This document shows positions 46,094 to 54,600 of a stretch of 64,000 bases of DNA, piece after piece (positions within the stretch are counted from its first letter, which is position 1; every line of letters starts with the position of its first letter). The translations under genes and the position numbers were made by a program. The DNA is from Deltaproteobacteria bacterium YD0425bin50. GTDB taxonomy: Bacteria; Desulfobacterota; Desulfobacteria; Desulfobacterales; YD0425bin50. The notes below the pieces were generated by a model. The model made no database searches. It was given only the letters and a program-made list of their open reading frames with translations, and was not told the origin of the DNA. The stretch covers positions 1,415 through 65,414 of the forward strand of contig PDZT01000002.1 in NCBI GenBank assembly GCA_002753105.1, in the 5' to 3' direction.

Positions 46094-46223
46094 TAGAATA
46101 CCTGTAAATAGGTTAATTTTTTATTAAAAATAGTACTATAATTGAACTGTATTACTTCAACAAAATTATGTGAAGTTCATTAATAACTTCTTTCATTTCA
46201 CGAGAACTTCTGAGTCTCTTTTT

Positions 46224-46640
46224 TTACTGTTCTTCAATAATATACTCTACTAGTCTCTGATTTTCTTTTGTGTGTTCCAAATAATCAAATAGTGTATTTT
46301 CAATTGCTGATTCAAGCATTGATGTTATTTTTTTATCTGAGTTGAAACTCATATTTTTTCCATAATGCCCTGTTTTTAAGTCTATGAATATAGGCAAATA
46401 TTCACTTTTATCAATAATCCCAATCAAGTAACGCCCTACCGAATTATGTACATGAATACGAAGTTTTACTATTTCTACTGTAATATTATCGAATAGTTCT
46501 GTCGTTAATTTGGCTTCACCTTTTCTAAAACCAATACGCATAAACTCTTTAATATTAGAAACAATATCTTGCTCATTAAAATGGTTTTTAAATTTTTTTA
46601 GCACCTTACGAAAATATTGAGTAATTAAAATTTTTTTCAT
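46224..46640 (-). CDS. RelE/ParE-superfamily-like toxin with C-terminal extension (putative)
   Basis: 138 aa. The pattern ...VKLRIHVHNSVGRYLIGIIDKSEYLPIFIDLK resembles the K.R....GKSGGYR.I......ii.L..i..K core of RelE/HigB-type toxins. ATGA overlap with the upstream 83-aa ORF. Confidence 0.45.
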   Translation of the reverse strand: MKKILITQYFRKVLKKFKNHFNEQDIVSNIKEFMRIGFRKGEAKLTTELFDNITVEIVKLRIHVHNSVGRYLIGIIDKSEYLPIFIDLKTGHYGKNMSFNSDKKITSMLESAIENTLFDYLEHTKENQRLVEYIIEEQ

Positions 46641-46888
46641 TGTGCAGTGGCATTAATAATTTTTCGATTTTTATATTTTTCAGCTACACTTCCAAGAATA
46701 TTTTGTATGTTTGGTGATTTTATAGTATTAACCACAATATTTTCAAAATGTCGTTCTTCAGATTCATCTTCTAAAAAATCACGAAGTTTACTAATGTTCT
46801 CAATTATAAGATGTGCCAATCTGTCTTGCTCTTGTTGGCTAAATTTATATGAAACCATATTAAAGGCTTCTTGAAGTAATTTTGTCAT
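46637..46888 (-). CDS. putative antitoxin
   Basis: 83 aa. The N-terminus LLQEAFNMVSYKFSQQEQDRLAHLIIENI resembles the common antitoxin start (L...A......LP..EQD.LA..LL). Strong AAGGAG lies 5 nt upstream of the ATG. 4-nt overlap with the downstream ORF. Confidence 0.45.
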   Translation of the reverse strand: MTKLLQEAFNMVSYKFSQQEQDRLAHLIIENISKLRDFLEDESEERHFENIVVNTIKSPNIQNILGSVAEKYKNRKIINATAQ

Positions 46889-48116
46889 AATTCTCCTTTT
46901 TCATTCGCTTTTCCTCACTTTTGCGAAGAAACTCTAATTTAACACGTATCATCAACCCACTATGCTGCCCAGCATCTATTTCAAAGGGTGCCATATACAG
47001 ATAACCGTTATGAAGAACTCCGCCAATAAATCCTCGGCAAGCCGGATTCACTATGGCTGTATCAAGAATTGTCCAGCTATTCGGATCAGTAAATGCAAAG
47101 TTTGAGTCATAGATTGTCATTTGTCCATGATATTTTTCAATTCCTCTGCAATGAGGCATAAAATAGACATAACGGCCGTCATTTAACGCACCAAAAAAAC
47201 CTCGACTGCCCGGGTCAATTATCGCACTGTCAAAAAATTCCCATGAAGCAGAATCAGCTATATCCAATTCAGTATTATATCGCGCAACCTGACCATATCG
47301 GTCATTACCATCAAAATACGGTGCAAGGTAGATATATTTTCCAAGACTGGTTCCACTGATAAATCCGCGTGCACGGCTATTGAAGTTCGTCAGATCAATG
47401 CTTTGCCATGCTTGATGGTCGTGAAATTCTTTTTCTCTATTGTAAAGCGTCAGCCTTCCATTATATTCTTTGCCTAAACGCAGGTAAGGAACAAAATAGA
47501 CATAGTTACCGTGAACTATTGCACCATGAAAACCACGGCAGTCAGAATACAGTTGTTGGGTATCAAAAACCTGCCAAGCAGTCTTATCAGAAAAAGACAA
47601 GCCAGTATTATAGCGTGTCACCTGACTATTCGTCGTATTCCAATCTACCTGATAGGGCGATAGGTAAATATAAGAACCATCAAAACACCCGCTCACAAAA
47701 CCACGACAGTTGGGATGAAGCGTAGTGGTATCAAAAAAACTCCAGCTTTTGGAATCATCAAACGTTAACCTTGTATCATATCTGGTCACTGTACCATGAT
47801 GCTTACCCAGTTGTTGATAAAACGGAATAAAATAAATATATTGCCCATCAAATAGCAGATCAACAAATCCACGGCTATCAGGATTAATTTTGGTAATTTC
47901 GAATATATTCCAGCTATCTGGTTGATCAAAAGGTAGAGTTGGATCAAATCGCAGAACCTGAGCCACAGTAGTACCGTTATTACAGGGTGACAAATATATA
48001 TAACGGCCATCAAACACTACGCCTGAAAATCCTTTACACAAAGGATGCAAGCTCGTTAAGTCGAATAATTCTATGGCTAATTCATGTTGATTAAAATTTT
48101 TTTGCCATGCATTCAT
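46860..48116 (-). CDS. seven-repeat (~52 aa) protein, predicted beta-propeller, unknown function
   Basis: 418 aa. Seven units of pattern [CSA][KR]GF.G....G.Y[IV]Y..P...........G.V.RY.T...F.D...W..FD (CKGFSG, SRGFVD, CRGFVS, CRGFHG, ARGFIS, SRGFFG, CRGFIG). I could not assign a named family. Confidence 0.6.
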   Translation of the reverse strand: MNAWQKNFNQHELAIELFDLTSLHPLCKGFSGVVFDGRYIYLSPCNNGTTVAQVLRFDPTLPFDQPDSWNIFEITKINPDSRGFVDLLFDGQYIYFIPFYQQLGKHHGTVTRYDTRLTFDDSKSWSFFDTTTLHPNCRGFVSGCFDGSYIYLSPYQVDWNTTNSQVTRYNTGLSFSDKTAWQVFDTQQLYSDCRGFHGAIVHGNYVYFVPYLRLGKEYNGRLTLYNREKEFHDHQAWQSIDLTNFNSRARGFISGTSLGKYIYLAPYFDGNDRYGQVARYNTELDIADSASWEFFDSAIIDPGSRGFFGALNDGRYVYFMPHCRGIEKYHGQMTIYDSNFAFTDPNSWTILDTAIVNPACRGFIGGVLHNGYLYMAPFEIDAGQHSGLMIRVKLEFLRKSEEKRMKKENYDKITSRSL

Positions 48117-48134
48117 AGTTTTTCAACATCTTTC

Positions 48135-49214
48135 TTAAGTAATTTTCACCGTCAAGTAATTTGGAAACGGCAATACCTTGCTTAAATCGTTTTCAAAAAT
48201 CATCAGTCCGTCAGCTCGCGTTTCTAATTCTTGAAAGTGATTAAATTTATACGTCATATACATCATTCTGTTACGGTCATTGGAAATCATTTCTGCCAGC
48301 AAACGCACGCCATTATTCCGAGCTTCATTACGAATATGGTTGATCAGTACCGTACCTACGCCTCTCGTCATGACACGGCATGACATGAGCAGCAATTTGA
48401 TCATCCATGCTTTAGGATCACACTCAATCAGCACAAGACCTATTTTACCATAAGTTCCATATTTGTCTTCCAAACCTGCTATTAAAAGACGGTGGCGGTC
48501 AGAATGCCTAAAAAAGTCAAGCTCGTCATGAGAATAGGTATAGCCGGTTGTATTGAGTTGATTTGTTCTGACCGTCAGCTCTTCAGCCCGCTTTAAATCT
48601 TCGGAACGCGGCGTGCCTATTGTCAGCACCATCTCAAGCGTAGCTAGAAAATCCTCTTTGGGGCCTTCAAAATTATCTTCAATTTTTTTCCGGTTAATAT
48701 CAGCTAAATACATCTGACGACGTTTAGCTGAATCTTCGGTAATAAATCTTGGATTCAATTCAGGAAGAGTTATCATTTGATCAATTTGCGTTTCATCAAG
48801 ACACAATACCGAAGGATGAGCAAAAGCGACCTCTTCACGTTCAAAACTTTGGTCATCAATAAATGCCAGTGCATTAATTCCGATATTGATATCTTGGGCA
48901 ATACGTGCGATGGAATCGGATTTAGGCCCCCAGTGAATCTGGGGATATAGAAAATAGTCGGCTATGCCAAGTTCTTCAAGTCGTTTCATCACCAAAGTAT
49001 GTTCATTTTTTGATGCAATCGATTGCAATATACCGCGTTTATCAAGCGTCTGCATAATCTCAAGCACACCTTCCCTTAGTTCAACCTGCGGGTCTTCTAA
49101 CAGAGTACCGTTCCAAAGCGTATTATCCAAGTCCCACACTACGCACTTTACATTTCGTTTAGAACGCTCTTTAGTAATCTCTTGTTCTTGTTGTTCTTTT
49201 GTTGTTGCAGTCAT
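48135..49214 (-). CDS. FkbH-like HAD phosphatase/glyceryl-ACP loading enzyme
   Basis: 359 aa. KCVVWDLDNTLWNGTLLED (HAD DxDxT), IASKNE, FIDDQSFEREEV and LLLMSCRVMTRGVG (the FkbH/OzmB-type active Cys region). Confidence 0.8.
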   Translation of the reverse strand: MTATTKEQQEQEITKERSKRNVKCVVWDLDNTLWNGTLLEDPQVELREGVLEIMQTLDKRGILQSIASKNEHTLVMKRLEELGIADYFLYPQIHWGPKSDSIARIAQDINIGINALAFIDDQSFEREEVAFAHPSVLCLDETQIDQMITLPELNPRFITEDSAKRRQMYLADINRKKIEDNFEGPKEDFLATLEMVLTIGTPRSEDLKRAEELTVRTNQLNTTGYTYSHDELDFFRHSDRHRLLIAGLEDKYGTYGKIGLVLIECDPKAWMIKLLLMSCRVMTRGVGTVLINHIRNEARNNGVRLLAEMISNDRNRMMYMTYKFNHFQELETRADGLMIFENDLSKVLPFPNYLTVKIT

Positions 49215-49274
49215 TTTGTATTACATCCTCATCTTTAATCTGTATAATCTGTGTAATCTGCGGATACTAAGATA

Positions 49275-50444
49275 CTAAGTTGATAGAGCTGTTTTAATTG
49301 CCTGATAGTTTTGAAACGCATATCTTGAGATGATAATCTGCTGCATCTGGTTACTACCTTCAATAATCTCCATAATCTTTGCATCTCTAAAATGCCGTTC
49401 AACTGCATAACGGTTAGAACAGCCATTGGCGCCGTGTATCTGAACAGCATCGCTGGCCACTTTTAAAGCCGTTCGTGATGCAAAATATTTTGCCATAGAA
49501 GTCTCCATGATCACGGATGGGTCTTTGTTTTCTCTTAAAAATGCAGCTTTGTAACAGAGCATTCGTGAAGCCTGAGTCTGGGTAACCATATCTGCGACCA
49601 TTTCCTGAATCAGTTGATGTTCTTTAAGACTCACGCCAAATTGTTTTCTTTCGTTACTGTATGCGAGCGATGAATCAACACAGCCCATTGCCATTCCAAG
49701 ACTTCCCCATGCTATGCAATACCGCCCCTGATCCAAAGCTGTTCCAGCAACATGCGAAAAACCAAAACCAACTCGGCCAACTAAATTTTCAGCAGGCACG
49801 CGACAGTTGTTCAGGTTAAGACCTGCCAGCATTGCCGAACGAAATCCAAGCAGACCTTTGATGGGTTCGGTTGCAAAGCCTTCCCGTTCCCGCTCGACAA
49901 TAAATGCGGCTGCCTTGCCATCTACCTGAGCAATAACCAAAAAAAATTGAGCGAGTTGTCCAAATGATAACCACCGTTTCTTACCATTCAGGATATAAGA
50001 ATCACCATCAATAACAGCCGTTGTCTGAACATTTTTGGCATCACTGCCGATTTTTTCTTCAGTAAGAGCAAAACCGCCAATTAATTCACCGCTTGCTAAA
50101 CCGGGTAAAAAACGCTGACGCTGCTCTTCTGTTCCCCACTTAGTCATGGTCTGAATTACCATACTCTGAACAGTCAACAGAGAGACTAAAGCGGCGCTGA
50201 CATGGCCGACTTCTGCACATAAAAGTCCCCACGTAAGAGCATCCATCTGGGCTCGCTCTTTTCCAGAATATTGGACAGGCACAAGACCGCCAAGATATCC
50301 CGCATCCGCCATAGCCTTGATAAGTTCTAAAGGCGTCTCTTCTCGGCTGTCATATTCGGCCGCATAGGGAGCGATATACTTTTCTACAAACTCACGAAAC
50401 CCGGTGCGGGCTTTACTCTGTTCCGTGCTTAATTCAAAATTCAT
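49275..50444 (-). CDS. acyl-CoA/acyl-ACP dehydrogenase (FkbI/ZmaE-like by context)
   Basis: 389 aa ACAD fold. GGFALTEEKIGSDA, KRWLSFG, and a C-terminal FRDAKIMEIIEGSNQMQQIIISR with the catalytic Glu context. Confidence 0.8.
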   Translation of the reverse strand: MNFELSTEQSKARTGFREFVEKYIAPYAAEYDSREETPLELIKAMADAGYLGGLVPVQYSGKERAQMDALTWGLLCAEVGHVSAALVSLLTVQSMVIQTMTKWGTEEQRQRFLPGLASGELIGGFALTEEKIGSDAKNVQTTAVIDGDSYILNGKKRWLSFGQLAQFFLVIAQVDGKAAAFIVEREREGFATEPIKGLLGFRSAMLAGLNLNNCRVPAENLVGRVGFGFSHVAGTALDQGRYCIAWGSLGMAMGCVDSSLAYSNERKQFGVSLKEHQLIQEMVADMVTQTQASRMLCYKAAFLRENKDPSVIMETSMAKYFASRTALKVASDAVQIHGANGCSNRYAVERHFRDAKIMEIIEGSNQMQQIIISRYAFQNYQAIKTALST

Positions 50445-50473
50445 TGTATCTCCTCAATATCTTTAAAAAATGT

Positions 50474-50734
50474 TTAGGCTATGTTCAGCTTACGCTGAAT
50501 AAAAGCAAATAACGCATCGAGCGATTTGAAATTTTCAATATCAAGATCCGTATTTTCAACTTTAAACCCAAAGTCTTTTTCTATAAACAAGACCAGTTGC
50601 ATGGCAAACAAAGAATTTACCCGTCCCGAAGCAAACAAATCAAGATCAGGGGTAATTTCATTAATATTGACATATTTTCCGACAAACTGGGTTAATTTAG
50701 ACATAATTTCTTCAGTATTCATTGTATTCACCAT
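50474..50734 (-). CDS. discrete acyl carrier protein (FkbJ/ZmaD-like by context)
   Basis: 86 aa. DLFASGRVNSLFAMQLVLFIE contains the phosphopantetheine Ser context. Confidence 0.75.
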   Translation of the reverse strand: MVNTMNTEEIMSKLTQFVGKYVNINEITPDLDLFASGRVNSLFAMQLVLFIEKDFGFKVENTDLDIENFKSLDALFAFIQRKLNIA

Positions 50735-50773
50735 AGAGTCTTTTTATTTTAAAAAGTTTAAAAAATAATTTTA

Positions 50774-51628
50774 TCAATAAGAATAAAAACCCTTACCGCT
50801 TTTACGTCCATGTAATCCAGCGTCAACCATTTTCTTGAGCAGCGTACATGGGCGGTATTTACTGTCATTAAAGCTTTCATACAAAACTTCAATTGAATAG
50901 AGGATGGTATCAAGTCCGATCAGGTCAGCAGTTTCAAGCGGTCCCATTTTATGACCAAAGCATTTTTTAAATATGTCATCAACCTGTTTGGCTGTAGCAA
51001 CCTGTTCTTGAAGTAAAAATACGGCTTCATTAATGGTAAGCATCAATACACGGTTAGAGACAAACCCCGGAGAATCATTTACAATCACCCAATCTTTGCC
51101 CATCGCTGTCAGCAATTCACTCGTAATTGAAATTGTTTCTTCAGAAGTATGCCAGCCTTTGATCACCTCAACAGTCGGTTTCATAGGAACAGGATTCATA
51201 AAATGAATTCCAATGATCTTATCTGGACGCTTGGTTAACGCAGCTACACGCGTAATCGAATAACACGATGTATCCACAGCAAATACAGCATTTTCAGGGC
51301 AAATTTTATCAATTAAAGGATAAACAGACTCTTTAACTGCCCATTTTTCAACTACATTTTCAACGACGTAATAGGCATCTTTGAGTTGTTCATAGTCTGT
51401 TGTGAATAAAACCCGGCCTACAATCGTATCTGGATTATCAAGTTGGCTCTTATCTCTCTTCATAAAACCTTGGAAACGGACATTGTTGTAAATTTCTTGA
51501 CGTGCTCTTTCAAGAACTTTCTCAGCAATATCAACCAGCACAACCTTAAACCCACGCTGTGCCAGATTCTGTGCTACACCACTTCCCATTACGCCGGCTC
51601 CAACTACGCCTACTGTCTTTTCACTCAT
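50774..51628 (-). CDS. 3-hydroxyacyl-CoA/ACP dehydrogenase (FkbK/ZmaG-like by context)
   Basis: 284 aa. Rossmann VGVVGAGVMGSGVAQNLAQ, and a HADH core with IGIHFMNPVPMKPTVEVI and NRVLMLTINEAV. Confidence 0.85.
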   Translation of the reverse strand: MSEKTVGVVGAGVMGSGVAQNLAQRGFKVVLVDIAEKVLERARQEIYNNVRFQGFMKRDKSQLDNPDTIVGRVLFTTDYEQLKDAYYVVENVVEKWAVKESVYPLIDKICPENAVFAVDTSCYSITRVAALTKRPDKIIGIHFMNPVPMKPTVEVIKGWHTSEETISITSELLTAMGKDWVIVNDSPGFVSNRVLMLTINEAVFLLQEQVATAKQVDDIFKKCFGHKMGPLETADLIGLDTILYSIEVLYESFNDSKYRPCTLLKKMVDAGLHGRKSGKGFYSY

Positions 51629-51678
51629 ACTTTACTCCTGTTTTTTTATTTTTTTATTCAATAAATAAATATAATCAA

Positions 51679-54600
51679 TTAATTCAATTCAAGACCTGCA
51701 AGTTTCAGTTTTTCAACTGTGTTTTTTAAAAACTGCCCATCATCTAAGCGTTCGTACCTATTACGCAACGATGGCAAAACAATCTTATCTTGCAGCTTAA
51801 ACGCTCGAGGATGCTGTAAAACAAAACTGCCTAAACTTTGTCCCGGGCCTGTTTCAAGAAAAATTCTACCTTCCTGATCAAGTAATTTTTCAAGACAATC
51901 GGCAAACCTAACTGTCTGATACGTATGTTTAGCCCAACATACAGGGTCAGTTGCCTCTTTTTCACTTATCCAGTTGCCAGTTACATTGGACAAATATGGA
52001 ATTTGAGGTGCATTGAGTTTGAAGCTTTTCACAAGTTCAATGATTGATTCCTGTAATGGAGTCATCATTTTCGAATGAAACGCATGTGTTCCGGGCAATC
52101 TTCTTGATACAATTTCCTGCGCAAGCAGATTTTTTTCAAGTTCAGCAATCGCCTCTGCAGGCCCTCCTACAATACACTGATTTACAGTGCTGACAATCGC
52201 TAAAGATAACTTTTCTCCAAGCATGGGTTTAATCTTAGCTTCACTCATGGGCACTGCCAGCATAACCCCTTTGGGCAATTGTTCAATCAGTTTGGCTCGT
52301 CTCGTTACCAGCGTCAACGAATCTTCAAGACTCATCACCTGCGCTAAACATGCGGCGATATATTCGCCAATACTATAACCGACAAGCGCCTCTGGTTTAA
52401 GACCACGACTTAACCACATGCAGCCTAACGCATATTCAATAATAAAAACAATAGGTTGACTGTGAATTGTGCGATTTAAACGCTCTTCATCAGGATTCGG
52501 TGGATTAGGCGCATTCCCAGCAGTTGATCCTCGTCCAAGCATCGCCTTGAAATCCAAACGTGGCGCGGGCTTAGTTTCAGTTTTTGGTACCTCTTTGTCT
52601 GTTGTACTCACTGGATACAGTACAGTACGTAGGTCTAACCCTAATTCGGGTTTTAAAAATTCGCAGCATTTGTCAATCGCTGATTTAAAAACAGGCTCAT
52701 GTTGATACAGCCCCAAGCCCATATTCAGATAGTGATCACCGACTCCCGGAAACATCATAATCAGACTCAGTTTCGAATCAGTTTTAGCAGTGCTGGCAGT
52801 TTTAACTTCAGACTTGTCTAGTTGAACAGGCTTAACCGGTTCTGGTTCAGATGGTTTAACAGAAAGAGGTTTCTGTTCATGTTGTTGAACTGGTTCTGGT
52901 TCTGGTTTAGGTAAAACAGTTGGTGCTACAGATTGCTGGGAAGCTATCTGTTGAGTTGACAAAGCGCGTTTGAGAAATGCGAGTTGCTGGTCAACAACAT
53001 TATTAATCAGGCTGGTCGCACTTTCCATCTGGTTATTTAAAAGCCGGGCGATATCCACAGGAGCAGTTCCATAAACAGACGTTGCAGGCGTAGATATTAC
53101 ATCTTGAACAGATGTTTGTTCATGTGTTATTTCGGGCTTTATCTTAGGTAACTCAGGTTTAGCATCAATAGTCACTGTCTCTGCTTGCTTTTTGGTTTCA
53201 AGCGATTCAAGCCAAAACCGTTTACGCTGAAAAGGATAGTTTGGAATCCGCAGCTTTTTACGTGCATAACCTGCATCAAAACCAGTCCAGTCAACGTCAA
53301 CCCCTTTGACATAGAGCGCTGCCAAGAGTGAAACTGTCCATTCCCAAGGATTTTCTAAATCCACTTTTAAGATTGGGAGCCAGTCACTTGTGTTTTGAAA
53401 GTCTATTTTTGATGGTACATCAACAGCATACTTTACACCTGCTTTTTGCAAAGAGTCTTCAGTCCCTAGAGCAAGCCTAATCTTATACTCATTAGCATCA
53501 ATGTCACGACTACTTTTGACAACTTTAATCAAAGGCGCATTTGTTTGAACTTCTTTTCCGGCTAACATCTGAAACGCCTGTTCCAGATCATACATACCAG
53601 CACAGCAGTTCGCAGTAAGTTCGCCAACTCCAGAGCCGAATACAATAGCGGGTTTAATACCAAAACTGCGCCATAATTCAATCAGCGCATATTGACAAGA
53701 AAATTTTGCTGCTTTTGTGTAGGGTTGGACAAACAAGTCGCTATGAAGATAGGTTTTTGCCAGAGTTTGACATTGTTCTAGTACTGAAGCGAGTTTAGGT
53801 TGAGTGTTCGCCATAAACCGAAGCATATCAACCGATACATCGTCCGTTAAACCATATGCAATACGCCCAATACCACTTTTAGGTATAAAATCCTGCCATA
53901 TTCCCTTTACAGATTCGGATTCAGCAGATTTATTTATAAAAAATTCAAGACGTTTCTGAAGATCAGATACTGATGAGGCTGAAATTGCCAGTCTATGTTT
54001 AAAATGGTTACGGCCAGTATTGGCGCTGAAACACAGGTTGGACAAGTTAATCTGTTTGGCTGCATTTTCAAAAATATAGGTTTGAAAAGAGCGGGCTAAG
54101 TCTATCAGTGCAGTTTCATTACGACCTGATAAAGTTAAAACATGTAAATTACGATCTAAGCCAGTTTCAGGTATATCATCAGTTACAGCCAAGTGCTCTT
54201 CCAAAATAAAATGAACATTTGTGCCTGAGAGGCTAAACGAATTGATACCTGCTCTTCGTGGTCTATCCATTTGAGGCCAATCGGTAAGCTGGGTTGACAC
54301 GTTGATGGGAAAATTTTCCCAAGCGATTTTTTTACTGGCGCTCTTAAAATTGGGCTGCGGAATCAATTTTTGATTTTTTAACATTAAAACTACTTTTATT
54401 AATGCAGCTATACCCGAACATGCATTCAGATGCCCAATATTGGCTTTCACCGATCCTAGCAACAGCGGTTTTTTTCTTGGAGTATGACCATATACAGACT
54501 GAATTGCGCCAACCTCAATGGGGTCTCCAAGAGGGGTTGCCGTACCATGCGCTTCAATGTAATCAATATCTGCAGGAGTTAAATTGGCTTTAGCTAATGC

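Noticed and set aside
46135-46163. Sigma-70-like promoter (TTGTTG-N17-TATAGT on the minus strand) upstream of the megasynthase gene
   Set aside because: The spacing is plausible, but the -35 match is weak and such hexamers are abundant in 25-30 percent GC DNA. This is not enough support to list it as a feature.
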